Shown here one piece after another: positions 1-12,242 of a stretch of DNA of 64,000 bases. The stretch is from Eledone cirrhosa (taxonomy: Eukaryota): contig OZ024749.1 of the NCBI GenBank assembly GCA_964016885.1, forward strand, positions 29,698,001 to 29,762,000, written 5' to 3'. Every line of letters begins with the position of its first letter. Positions within the stretch are counted from its first letter, which is position 1. The notes beneath the pieces were generated by a model that did not search any database, was not told the origin of the DNA, and saw only the letters and a list, made by a program, of their open reading frames with translations. The position numbers were made by a program, and so were the translations under genes.

Positions 1-839
1 CTGCTGTTGTTGTTGTTACTGTCGTTGTTGTTGTTGTTGCTGTTACCGTTACTGTTGTTGTTGTTGTTGTTGTTGTTCTTGTTGGTGTTGCTGTTGTTGG
101 TGCTGTTGTTATTACTGTAATTGTTGTTGCTGTTATTGTTGCTGAAGTTGCTAGTGCTGTTGTTATTTGTGTTGTTGTTATTACTGTTGTTGTTGTTGCT
201 ATTGTTATTACCGTTGTTTCTGCTGTTGTTGCTGTTATAATTACTGTTGTTGTTGTTGTTGTTGTTATTACTGTTGTTGTTGTTGTTGTAATTACTGTTG
301 TTGTTGTTATTACTGTTGTTGTTGTTGTTGTTATTACTGTTGTTGTTGTTGTTGTAATTACTGTTGTTGTTGTTATTACTGTTGTTGTTACTGTTGTAAT
401 TACTGCTGTTGTTGTTGTAGTTGTTGTTGTTATTACTGTTGTTGATACTGTTGTAATTACTGCTGTTGTTGTTGTAATTACTGCTGTTGCTGTTGTAGTT
501 GTTGTTGTTGCTGTTGTAATTACTGCTGTTGTTGTTATAGTTGTTGTTGTTATTACTGTTGTTGTTACTGTTGTAATTACTGCTGTTGTTGTTGTAATTA
601 CTGCTGTTGTTGATGTAGTTGTTGTTGTTGATGTTGTAATTACTGTTGCTGCTGTTGAAGTCGCTGTTGTTGTTGTTGTTGTTGTTGCTATTATTACTGT
701 TGTTGTTACTGTTGTAATTACTGCTGTTGCTGTTGTTGTTGTCATTACTGCTGCATCCCTTTCACATCTGCTCAACCAATGCAGTTGTGTGTCACTGATG
801 CTGCTCATGCTATTGTTGCTGCTAATGTGACTGCTGCTG

Positions 840-883
<44 letters not shown>

Positions 884-960
884 ATTACTACTACTGTTAA
901 TACTACTACTACTGCTGCTGCTGCTGCTATTACAGCTACTGCTGCTGTTGTTGTTATTAC
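1..960. repeat. Degenerate (GTT)n/(GCT)n/(ATT)n trinucleotide repeat tract
   Basis: Continuous gtt/gct/att triplets; the poly-C/poly-A ORFs here are translation artefacts. Confidence 0.95.
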
Positions 961-1166
961 AGTACATACAACGAACAAACAGGACCAGATGCGAATACTC
1001 TCCAACTGAAGTAAGTTGACAACCCACCGCGTGTAAACTTACAAAGTAAATATACATACACACACACACACAGACACACACACATACACACACAGACACA
1101 CACATTATATATATATACACGGACACAAACTGACACACACATAGCCACACACATATAAATATATAT

Positions 1167-1252
<86 letters not shown>

Positions 1253-1284
1253 GTATATATATACTTATTAAATATATATATACT

Positions 1285-1388
<104 letters not shown>

Positions 1389-1542
1389 ATACAAGTTTTT
1401 TGTGTATAAATGAGACTTCTGAAGATCAAATTGTAACGGATGGTCGCTCTTCGTTGGGACTATACCTTATAACTCTATATATACCCCGACTATATATATA
1501 CCCCGGTGTGAAAAACTCATCTAGATACATCCATCAATACAT

Positions 1543-1597
<55 letters not shown>

Positions 1598-1697
1598 AGA
1601 GAAAAAGCATTGAAAAAAAATTCTTAAATATTAAAAAAAATTAATTAAAAGTTTAATGGTTGACATTTAGAACTTTATTATCATTACAATAATAATA

Positions 1698-1729
<32 letters not shown>

Positions 1730-1874
1730 CATTATTATATTTTAAAAACTGAAATATCAATGATTGGACCCAAGTAAGTAATGAATTGTTTTGAACAAGT
1801 TTTAATTAATCAATTAGAATTTGTAACCTGGTTTATTACAAAGAGTGTTGAAGAAAAAACAAAAATCGAAACTA

Positions 1875-2045
1875 TCGTATTTCCCGGCGCCGAAGACGCT
1901 ACTTTCCCCCCAAAAATAAGTCTAAAAAAATCAACCATGCGTCCTGAAGGCCGAAAGTAGTTTTCTATTTTTTTTTTTAATTTTTGGTTGACAAAATTAG
2001 GGTGCGTCCTCGATGACGAAGCGTCTTCAGCGCCGGGAAATACGG
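1875..2045. mobile_element. MITE with CCGTATTT-type terminal inverted repeats (Tc1/mariner-pogo/Tc2-like), TA-flanked
   Basis: Left TA|TCGTATTTCCCGGCGCCGAAGACGCT, right AGCGTCTTCAGCGCCGGGAAATACGG|TA: ~26-bp TIR, TA on both sides, no ORF. Confidence 0.75.
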
Positions 2046-2282
2046 TATATATCTGACTTCAAACTTTGTGGAAATATTTTTTCTTGGTTCAAACGTGGGC
2101 CACTTTTTCGTTAATTTCGTTATTTTTGCATATAATTTGTCAAAAGTTATGATTGTATATTATTTATGTATATATATATATACATATTTGATAAAGTTAT
2201 ATCTGTGTGTATATATATATGCACATATATACATATGTATATATGTTAATATATATATATTTATATTCATATATATATATAA

Positions 2283-2317
<35 letters not shown>

Positions 2318-2677
2318 CGTCTACGATTTCACAGAACTTATGTTCATCGATTTCAGGGACTTGAGTCCTTCTTCCTCCCGTTTGACCTGTGCGAAATTCT
2401 TTCCTTGCTCACATTTCGACCAGGTTTGATGGTCTTTATTATCTCTCGTCCACGATTTCACAGAACTTATGTTCATCGATTTCAGGGACTTGACTCCTTC
2501 TTCCTCACTTTTCGTTGCATTACCATCTTTGTTTGTTTACTGTCTCGCTCGTTCCCCCTATTTACGTGTCCCAACGACTTCCTTTAGCCGTTGCTCGTAC
2601 CAACCAGAGGTATATGGTCTTTAAAGCGATGAAATACCAATGAAGGTTGGAAGATCACTGATGAAGGACTAAATTTA

Positions 2678-2720
<43 letters not shown>

Positions 2721-2792
2721 ATATACAGGTAAAACTTTAACACACACACATACACACACATATATATACACACACACACACACATATATATA

Positions 2793-2938
2793 TTAAAATA
2801 ACAGATTAAAGTTTAAGCAAAGAATCGCTGCTTTCACCCTTAGAGGGATCTTATGAAACTCTAGGGTTCTTATATATTTGATATATATTTATCCTTATCG
2901 AGCCCTCTTCGGCTTTTAGTCTTCAAATTTATTATTAT

Positions 2939-2942
<4 letters not shown>
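2793..2942. mobile_element. Microsatellite-embedded short interspersed repeat, family D
   Basis: ATAACAGATTAAAGTTTAAGCAAAGAATCGCTGCTTTCACCCTT and TTATCGAGCCCTCTT..GG blocks recur at 4930-5001, 8473-8517, 8734-8778 and 10661-10891, always next to (TA)n. Confidence 0.7.
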
Positions 2943-2992
<50 letters not shown>

Positions 2993-3160
2993 AAAAAGAG
3001 ATGAAATCGAAAATGCAACTGGAGTCTTATTTAAAAAAAATATATATATATATTTATTTGGTTCCTTTACCGGTTGCATTTTCGATTTCATCTCTTTTTC
3101 TTTATACTTTCACTCGTGTAGGACACCTCGGTTATTTTTCATTTGTAAAAAAACCCTCAC

Positions 3161-3200
<40 letters not shown>

Positions 3201-3204
<4 letters not shown>

Positions 3205-3540
3205 CAATTGATATTAAATAAACAGAAACTATATTCATAAAACCATATTTATTCTGTTATATATATTTCAAGGGTAGGGTACCAACATTTTTGGTACGTT
3301 ATCATCAGATAAAATACAAAATGTTTTATAAATATTTGACATGACCAAGGGTGATATCACTTTCCAGGGATAACTTGTACCGTTAAGGTATATCATCCTT
3401 GGTCATGTCAAATATTTATAAAACATTTTGTATTTTATCTGATGATAACCTACCAAAATTTTGGTACCCTTGAAATATATATAATAGAATAAATGTGATT
3501 ATATAAATATAGTTTCCATTTATTTAATATCAATTGAATA
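3201..3540. mobile_element. Family A fold-back element (inverted duplication of a hammerhead-bearing unit), Penelope-terminus-like
   Basis: ~150-bp arms 3201-3355 and 3390-3540 are reverse complements; flanked by (TA)n; homologous to 3790-3990, 5899-6230 and 17513-17936. Confidence 0.75.
3431..3491 (+). ncRNA. Minimal type I hammerhead ribozyme motif (family A, base of stem II degraded)
   Basis: TATTTTAT-CTGATGA-[stem II TACCA/TGGTA]-GAAA-TATATA-TA-ATAGAATA; stem I 8 bp with one G.U. Confidence 0.6.
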
Positions 3541-3622
3541 CTTACTCCAGAAATCTGTCGAGTGCTTTGAATCAGTTGTAAACATCTATATATGTTGGTT
3601 TTCCAACAAATTAAATATCTCT

Positions 3623-3679
<57 letters not shown>

Positions 3680-3680
3680 G

Positions 3681-3794
<114 letters not shown>

Positions 3795-3885
3795 GAGGTT
3801 ATATTTAATTTGTTGGGATTCAACTAAACCTGAGCCGAGAAGGTCTGGTTTCTTGGGTATGTCACCATTTATAAAACAAATTTTG

Positions 3886-3946
3886 TATTTTATCTGATGA
3901 CAGCGTACCAAAATTTTGGCACCCTTGAAATATATATAATAAAATA
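3886..3946 (+). ncRNA. Minimal type I hammerhead ribozyme motif (family A)
   Basis: TATTTTAT-CTGATGA-CAGCGTACCAAAATTTTGGCACCCTT-GAAA-TATATA-TA-ATAAAATA; perfect 8-bp stem I, imperfect stem II. Confidence 0.65.
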
Positions 3947-4011
3947 AATATCGTTTTATAAATATAGTTTCCATTTATTAATATATTGTATATATTTATA
4001 CACACACATAT

Positions 4012-4060
<49 letters not shown>

Positions 4061-5069
4061 CTTCTTATTTAAATATTGGAGTACCTTTGAAGTTTAAGAC
4101 TTATCTTTTTATTTTTTTCATTTTCGTAACTAAAATGTTTGAGATTATTTGTAGAAAAGTTTTATTGTTCGTAAACATTACAGGAACAGCAGTTTGAATC
4201 ACTTATGCCTATTTCTTTGGAGTTCAACCACTATGAAAGTTTATATGGATGTATTGTATGTATGTATGTATGTATGAGATGACCCCTTAGCCTTTGTCAA
4301 GGCAGAATTGTCAGGAAGAGATGACCCCTTAGCCTTTGTCAAGGCAGAATTCTAGGAGAAGGAAAACTCTGATATAACACCTGCAACCCTGATGGTATCC
4401 AATGATGTTGACTTGTTCTTCTTTTTGGTAAATATCATCTTGGTTAAGAGAGTGGGACTGGCTTTGTGCAGTGCCTTTGCTCACTATAAAAACTTCACGG
4501 CACAGGCATTGCTTTATATCTGGAGATCTCTCTGCACTTGTCGTCACATGGTACCGTGGGACCAGCAATATGTCTCAATAATTGTCACAAGTGTAGTGTT
4601 TGTACCAGAGTTTTCAAGTCGCTGGCTGGACTAAAAAGTCACACTCGTTCAGCCCATCGGTAGGGGTTCTCCTACATGGATATAAAGTAGTGGCCGTACT
4701 CGAAAACGAGTTGGCAGCCACCATGTATGTATGTATGTATGTATGTATGTATGAATGTATGCATGTATGCATGTATGTATGCATGTAATCATGTATGTGT
4801 GTGCGCGTATTTATGTATGTATATATGCATATATGTAATATATATATATATATACAATTTTTTTTATATTTTAAATATCTCTCTCTCATCTTATATATAT
4901 TTATATATATACACTTTTTTTATATTCTCTCTCTCACCTTAAGATCCGGTTAAGGGTGAAAGCAACTATTCTTTGCTTAAACTTTAATCTGTTATTTTAA
5001 TATATATATATATATATATAAATGAAAAGTATAGAAATTATTGTAGCAAGAAGCCAACAGTATTCCATA

Positions 5070-5126
<57 letters not shown>

Positions 5127-5453
5127 GGGAGAGAGAGGGAGAGTTAAATATAAAAAGACGTAACTTTAAAATATACCTCATGACTTCCAATTTGTATGGT
5201 AATTTACATAAATTTTTACACACGCACAGACGTGCACACACACAGACACACACACATATATATACACACATATATATACATATATGTAGATATTTAAAAA
5301 GTTATAGCTTTCTTTTCCTCTGTTAAACTTTATTTATCAAGCTCTTTAAGAAATACTACAAAAGAACTTGTATCATATTCTTTTTTCCTTTCTTTCGTTC
5401 TTTCTTTCTTCTTTCTTACATTCTTTTCTTCTTTCTGTTAGTCCCTCTTTGTC

Positions 5454-5509
<56 letters not shown>

Positions 5510-5678
5510 TCATTCATTCCTTCCCTTTCTTCTGTACCTACACCTTAAGTATTCTCCTTCCGCTACATGAAATATGAACACATGGAATATTTCAATTCTA
5601 ATATTCATTTCTTACACACACACACACACACACGCACACGCACACGCACACACACACGCGCACACGCACACGCACACG

Positions 5679-5763
<85 letters not shown>

Positions 5764-5818
5764 GCGCGAACACACACGCACGCGCACACGCACACACGCA
5801 CGCACACACACACACACA

Positions 5819-5849
<31 letters not shown>

Positions 5850-5939
5850 CATTAAATATCTCTCTTTCACCTTATATATATATATATATATATATATACG
5901 ATATTAAATAAATGGAAACTATATTTATAAAACCATATT

Positions 5940-6005
5940 TATTTCATTATATATATTTCAGGGATATCATATTAAAAATATGGTATGCCTTCATCAGACA
6001 AAATA
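5940..6005 (-). ncRNA. Minimal type I hammerhead ribozyme motif (family A, inverted arm)
   Basis: Reverse complement of 6036-6101; core TCATCAG...TTTC intact on the + strand. Confidence 0.7.
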
Positions 6006-6033
6006 CAATATAAACAGTCTTATAAATAGATAT

Positions 6034-6103
6034 TGTATTTTGTCTGATGAAGGCATACCATATTTTTAATATGATATCCCTGAAATATATATAATGAAAT
6101 ACA
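6034..6103 (+). ncRNA. Minimal type I hammerhead ribozyme motif (family A)
   Basis: TGTATTTTGT-CTGATGA-AGGCATACCATATT..AATATGATATCCCT-GAAA-TATATA-TA-ATGAAATACA; 10-bp stem I kept through G.U pairs. Confidence 0.75.
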
Positions 6104-6227
6104 TATGGTTTTATAAATATAGTTTCCATTTATTTAATATCGTAAATATACTCCAAATACTTGTTGAGTGCTTTTATATCAGTTATAAATATTTACTCGT
6201 TGTAACACAACAATTTAAATAAAACTT

Positions 6228-6268
<41 letters not shown>

Positions 6269-6271
<3 letters not shown>

Positions 6272-6445
6272 TAATCCCGGGTTCAATCGGGGGTAACCAC
6301 AGTAAGTAAGGTACTCAATACAAAGCAGAGTATATATATTCAATATAGAAAAGCTTCTACAGGACTTGAACTGTTTCATTCGTGAGCTTCCTGATGATTT
6401 CTCACGAATGAAACAGTTCTAGTCCTGTAGAAGCTTTTCTGTATT

Positions 6446-6447
<2 letters not shown>
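6269..6447. mobile_element. Family C fold-back element with a hammerhead-core-like centre
   Basis: Arms AGAAAAGCTTCTACAGGACT.GAACTGTTTCATTCGTGAG / CTCACGAATGAAACAGTTCTAGTCCTGTAGAAGCTTTTCT around CTGATGA (6391-6397); homologues at 58139-58287 and 58690-58826. Confidence 0.7.
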
Positions 6448-6517
<70 letters not shown>

Positions 6518-6647
6518 TGTTATATTTGGGGAGGGTCATATTGTTCTAATATAGAAAAGCACACTCACTATTTGGTTTGTAAAACAAATACATATATGTA
6601 TATGAAATACACACACACACATATATAGATATACATGCATACATATA

Positions 6648-6736
<89 letters not shown>

Positions 6737-6740
<4 letters not shown>

Positions 6741-7079
6741 AAAATATTTGACCCCGACAGCAGAGCTCAAGCCGTTTCAACGGCTATTTCTGGCTGGCCA
6801 GTCCAGAAATATCAGTCGAAACGGCTTGAGCTCTGCCGTCGGGGTCAGATATTTTACTATTACCCACTCTACTAGCCTAAGTATTGAGTACTCTGGTGCG
6901 TTATGGTCCATCAGGTTCCTTACCACACCTCCTTCGTTATTTATATATGTATATATATATATATATATAGGACAATGTTTAAACCCGACGGCAGAGCTCA
7001 AGCCGTTTCGAGGGCTATTTTTAGTATTGAGTACTCTGGTGCGTTATGGTGCATCTGGTTCCTTACCACACCTCCTTCG

Positions 7080-7082
<3 letters not shown>
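6737..7082. mobile_element. Family B fold-back elements (two adjacent copies)
   Basis: GACCCCGACGGCAGAGCTCAAGCCGTTTCGACGGCTATTTC palindrome plus GTATTGAGTACTCTGGTGCGTTATGGTCCATCTGGTTCCTTACCACAC tail; six copies in window, all within (TA)n. Confidence 0.8.
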
Positions 7083-7136
<54 letters not shown>

Positions 7137-7582
7137 CAATACAAATACATACACACACACACAGACACATGTATAAAAATACATTCTTATGCTTTTTCAT
7201 ATCATATCATTGATATCAACATATTTTTCTAGAAATTATCGTTTTAATTCGGATTACTTCTCGTCTATTGTTCCTTTCGGTTAATTCGTTTCACATAGCA
7301 AAGTGTTCTTAATAGAATTACGGAATATTTGTATCGATTCTCGTAAATATTGATTACGGGGTATTTGGCCTGTCAAAGTTCGTTTTTTTTATTTCATATT
7401 TCGATTAGCCAAATTCTATTGTCGATATTTCGTCTGTTTTTTTTCTTTCTTTCTATTATATCATTAGTTTTCATGGTAGATTACTTGAATGAGTTTAAAG
7501 TACATCACCTAACTTATGGGTCACTTTGCAGTTCTGCTGATGAATGCTTTAATCGTCTTAGATTTCCGTGAGGTTAATTACT

Positions 7583-7740
7583 AGAAAGGTGGTGAATTGG
7601 TAGTGCAGACGGATAAAAAAAACAACTTAACGTTATTTGTTCAGGCTCAGTGTGATCTGAGTTCAAATCCCGCCCAGGTTAACTTCGTTTTGCATCATTT
7701 TGAGGTCGATAAATAAAGTGGCAGTCCAGTACTGGGGCTG
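7583..7740 (+). mobile_element. tRNA-derived SINE, family 1 (Nin-like core, octopus OR-type), diverged
   Basis: B-box GAGTTCAAATCC followed by degenerate GCCTTTCATCC..GGTCGATAAA..AAGTACCAG core. Confidence 0.7.
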
Positions 7741-7971
7741 GATTTCCCTCTTTAACACTTTCTCTCTTTATCTCTTCTCCATTATCGCTGCTGCCCCTTC
7801 TCTCTTTCTTTATCTGGAGAAAGTCGGGTGTGTTGCGACCCAGATAGAGGATAGGCTGCGTTAAGTTTAGCCCTCATTCATCGTATCTAAGGACGGCACC
7901 CATACGACTCCATTAGTAGTTAAAGGCATTTTTAACACACACCCACAACCCCCTACAATACATATATCGAC

Positions 7972-8187
7972 AGTCGATCGACTTTCGTCAAATCGGACCG
8001 AGGAAACAATGTTTCCATTGGTCTTTCCAAATGCTAGTGCTATCTATCGGTCGCAACTCCAGGTAGAAGGAGCAGCGTGAAATAAAGTGTCTTGCCCAAG
8101 GACGTAACGCATCGCCCGGTCCAGGAATCGAATTCACAACCTCATGATTGCGAATCCAACTCTCTAACCACTTAGCCACACACCTTC
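7972..8187 (-). mobile_element. tRNA-derived SINE, family 2 (GTCCTTGGGCAAGACACTT core)
   Basis: Minus strand GTGGCTAAGTGGTTAGAG (A box)...GAATTCGATTCC (B box)...GTCCTTGGGCAAGACACTTTATTTCAC; close copy at 23622-23835. Confidence 0.8.
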
Positions 8188-8389
8188 ATACACACACTCA
8201 CACACTCACTCACACGCACACACGCACAGACACACACCCATCCACACATACATATATATATATATATTACATAGGACTGTTCTACATAGTCTGGGTAAGG
8301 TATATAAACATTTTACTTCGTTTCCGCGAAAAAAGGATATTCTTATATTCTTATAGATGTCGTTGACTATCAAGACTACATAATCCTGA

Positions 8390-8466
<77 letters not shown>

Positions 8467-8472
8467 CATATA

Positions 8473-8778
8473 TAATAATCCAAAGACCAAAATCCAAAGA
8501 GGAGTCGATAAGGGTTATATATATATATATAGAAAAAAGTATGACCCCGACGACAGAGCTCAAGCCGTTTCGACGGCTATTTCAGAAATAGCCATCGAAA
8601 CGGCTTGAGCTCTGCCGTTGGGGTCAGACTTTTTCCTATTTCCCACTCTACTACCCTAAGTATTGAGTACTCACTCTGGTGCGTTATGGTCCATCTGGTT
8701 CCTTACAATTCCTTTGTTATATATATATATATATAACCCTTATCGAGTCCTCTTTGGATTTTGGTCTTTGGATTATTA
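8473..8778. mobile_element. Composite: family B fold-back (8531-8720) bracketed by an inverted pair of family D fragments
   Basis: ATAATCCAAAGACCAAAATCCAAAGAGGAGTCGATAAGGGTTAT (8474-8517) is the reverse complement of 8734-8777. Confidence 0.7.
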
Positions 8779-8869
8779 TATATATATATATATATATTTA
8801 TATAAGATCATCATTATATAGCAATTGCTGCTTTCACACTAAGCGGGATGGATCATCAATGCTAACAAT

Positions 8870-9280
8870 TTTTGGCGAGGGGAGGGATAAGTCAATAAAA
8901 CCGACACCAGCGTATTACTGGTAGTTTATTTTTCAACCTTGTAAGTATGAAAGGCAAATCTAACCTCAGTGGCATTTGAACGTAAAGTGATGTAACTATA
9001 TGCTTCAAAGCATGTTGTCCGGCGCTCTACCGACTTTGTCAATCAACCACTTTTTAATGAAAATAATTGTTTCTACTTTTGGCACAAGGCCAGCAATTAC
9101 CCAGTTCATTACAGGTACTTTATTTTATCGACTGGTAAGGATGAAAGGCAAAGTTAACCAATGGTTTCTGATTTAGGAATAATGCCAACAATATTAAGGC
9201 AGGGGAAAATCGATTAAATGTAACTATATGCTGCAAAGCATACTGTCTGACGCTCTACCGATTATTGACAGTCCACCAAA
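8870..9280 (-). mobile_element. Cluster of family 1 SINE fragments
   Basis: Repeated GATGAAAGGCAAAGTTAACC, GACGCTCTACCGA and TTTCTACTTTTGGCACAAGGCC blocks. Confidence 0.7.
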
Positions 9281-9443
9281 TGAATGATTTGTTATAGCCA
9301 TTTCGATGTGTATAAGAAAGATATCTGTTTGGGCTAACAATATAAATGAAATAGTTAATATATCAATACTCTGACTTAGATAATCTTTGTCTCTTGTAGG
9401 AAATATTCTATAAACCTCTTATACATGGAATATTCCAGCGTTA

Positions 9444-9485
<42 letters not shown>

Positions 9486-9499
9486 TATATATGTATATG

Positions 9500-9551
<52 letters not shown>

Positions 9552-10391
9552 AAAAGTAAATAATAACAAGCAGTACAGTTACGAAATGTGAGAAGGTGAA
9601 AATGAATTTAAAATCCTTTTATTTATTTACATGTCTCTAACCGGTTTCACAATTTTGTGATAATCTTATACGTTAGAAAGCAAATGATGTTAAATTGTAG
9701 AAAAGTAGGATAGAAAGTTATTTTGCATATCAAATAGCAGCTAACCACCTTACTAATGCATTTGACAAATATATGATCTTAATTAGAAGATTTTGACACG
9801 AGATTGTTTGCTATGCGTTCTCTGCTAAATTTACTAACGTGTTCAATATATATTATACAAAAATTGCACCGGTAATTCTTTAATCTTCTTCCAGTGAAGG
9901 AAGCATTCTATGACGCCCTCCTATCTAAACAATTGTTATAATCTATTTAGACCTGGTTAGCATTTTGTAATATATACGTTCATTTTCTTTACTCCTATAT
10001 ATAGCATTGGCAGCAAAGGAAAACATTTTTATTAAGATATATTTTATTTTTTACTGGAAAACAGATAGAATGTTTTATGGTATTCATTCCAGCTGTCTTC
10101 TCTCTGCTCTCCGAGTTCAAGTCCTGCTCAAGTTAACTTTGCCTTTCATCCTTTCGAGGTCGATAAAACAGTACCAATCTACTTCTGGGGTCGATTCTTC
10201 TCCTATGTTTCTTTATCACTTCCCCTCACCCACTTTCTATCCTTCTCTGGAAGAAATTTGATGTAATCAGGTCTTGAGAGAAGATGGGTTTCGCCAGGTT
10301 TAAAATGTCCAAGAAACGTCATATGTCACTATATGGCACCCCCCACGACGCCATCAGTAGTTACGCGACCATACCATACCGTTTGTTACTG

Positions 10392-10422
<31 letters not shown>

Positions 10423-10461
10423 TTATATATATATATATATATGTCTATATATATATAGTAA

Positions 10462-10652
10462 TAATAGTAATTGTTTCTACTTTTGGCACAAGGCCAGCAA
10501 TTACCCAGTACATTACTGGTACTTTATTTTATCGACCCCGTAAGGATGAAAGGCAAAGTTAACCTTGGCGGGATTTGAACTCAATTCGTAAAGGGACGTA
10601 ACTGTGCTGCAAAGCATGGCGTCTGACCCTCTACCGATACTGCCAATCCGCC
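10462..10652 (-). mobile_element. Family 1 tRNA-SINE, near full length
   Basis: Minus strand GGATTGGCAGTATCGGTAGAG..GAGTTCAAATCCCGCC..GCCTTTCATCCTTACGGGGTCGATAAAATAAAGTACCAG. Confidence 0.85.
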
Positions 10653-10660
10653 AGTAATAA

Positions 10661-10889
10661 TAGTAATAATAATAAATGTGAAGACTAAAATCCAAAGAGG
10701 GCTCGATAAGGATAAATATATATCAAATATATAAGAACCGTAGAGCAAATATTTATTAAAGTAACAGATTAAAGTTTAAAGAAAGATTTGCTGTTTTCAC
10801 CCTTAACGGGATCTTCTGAAACTGAGTTTCAGAAGATCCCGTTAAGGGTGAAAGCAGCGATTCTTTGCTTAAACTTTAATCTGTTATTT

Positions 10890-10891
<2 letters not shown>
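10661..10891. mobile_element. Family D rearranged fold-back element
   Basis: 10762-10822 and 10825-10886 are inverted copies centred on GAAACTGAGTTTC. Confidence 0.7.
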
Positions 10892-10941
<50 letters not shown>

Positions 10942-11015
10942 GGGGTAACAAATTATTGTTATAGGTAGTCCAACCTTTTTTGTATAGCAAACCGTGTCAC
11001 TCTTCTTTCCTGATT

Positions 11016-11149
<134 letters not shown>

Positions 11150-11150
11150 C

Positions 11151-11181
<31 letters not shown>

Positions 11182-11194
11182 CATATATATATAC

Positions 11195-11231
<37 letters not shown>

Positions 11232-11234
11232 CAC

Positions 11235-11307
<73 letters not shown>

Positions 11308-11324
11308 TATATATATATATATAT

Positions 11325-11428
<104 letters not shown>

Positions 11429-11551
11429 GCCTCTTATTTTCTGAAGGTATAGTCAAGTTTGGAGTTTGAAACCTTGGGTATATGGGTTGAAATGCAAAAA
11501 GGGTTCTGCACAGTTTCCTTTTACTAAATTCCACTCACATTATTCATCAAT

Positions 11552-11780
11552 GATTGGTAGTATCAGTAGAGCGTCGAACAGCATGCTTTGTGACATAGAG
11601 TTACGGCCCTTTACGTTCTGAGTTCAAATTTCGCTTGGTTAGCTTTTCTTGTCTGCCTTACGGAGTCGATAAAATGAAGTACCAGTAACGCACTGGGGTC
11701 CATTTAAACCACTTTGTCGACAGACCCCCCCCGCCCTCATAAAATTGTTGGGCTTGTGTAGTTAAATCAAAAACCCTTAT
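11552..11780 (+). mobile_element. Family 1 tRNA-SINE (diverged)
   Basis: GATTGGTAGTATCAGTAGAGCGTCG..GAGTTCAAATT..GGAGTCGATAAAATGAAGTACCAG. Confidence 0.75.
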
Positions 11781-11909
11781 TCATCAGACCGAGACTAATA
11801 ATAGAATATTCCTGCCCAATTTTCCAGGTGTGACCAAACCTGGAAACGGGTGGTTTCATTAATAAGCCTTCTTAGCATAATTAACTCGCACTCAGTCGGT
11901 TATGATGAC

Positions 11910-12216
11910 GAGTGTGTCAATGGTTCCAATCAGCGGAACAGCCTGCTCATGACATTAACGTGCAAGTGGCTGAACATTCCACAAACGCGCGTACTCTTAA
12001 CGTAGTTCTCAGGGAGATTCAGTGTGACACAGAACATGACGTTGCTGGTCTGGTCCTTCGAATTACAGGTAGAACTCATTTTTGCCAGCTGAGTGGAACT
12101 CATTTTTGCCAGCAACGTGAAATAAAGTGTCTTGCTCAAGGACACAACGGGAATCGAATTCACGACCTTACGAGCATGAGCCGAATTCCCAAACCACGAA
12201 GCCACGTGCCTTCACG
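11910..12216 (-). mobile_element. Family 2 tRNA-SINE
   Basis: AAATAAAGTGTCTTGCTCAAGGACAC core plus tRNA head; 3' part shared with 55785-56095. Confidence 0.75.
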
Positions 12217-12242
12217 TTTCATTAATAAGCCTTCTTCACCTA

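Larger units (their letters stand above)
5899..6230. mobile_element. Family A fold-back element with two divergent hammerheads
   Basis: 5899-6011 and 6030-6143 are near-perfect reverse complements; embedded in (TA)n. Confidence 0.8.

Noticed and set aside
1418-1470. CTGAAGA as a hammerhead core
   Set aside because: No GAAA and stem set follows; likewise CTGATGA at 2658, 7536, 55314 and 60918
4277-4722. Complex island with a 41-bp duplication, possibly a LINE 5' UTR
   Set aside because: No second copy or coding motif in the window to support a call
8095-8187. tRNA gene
   Set aside because: A/B boxes continue into a SINE core and recur as dispersed copies; no full cloverleaf
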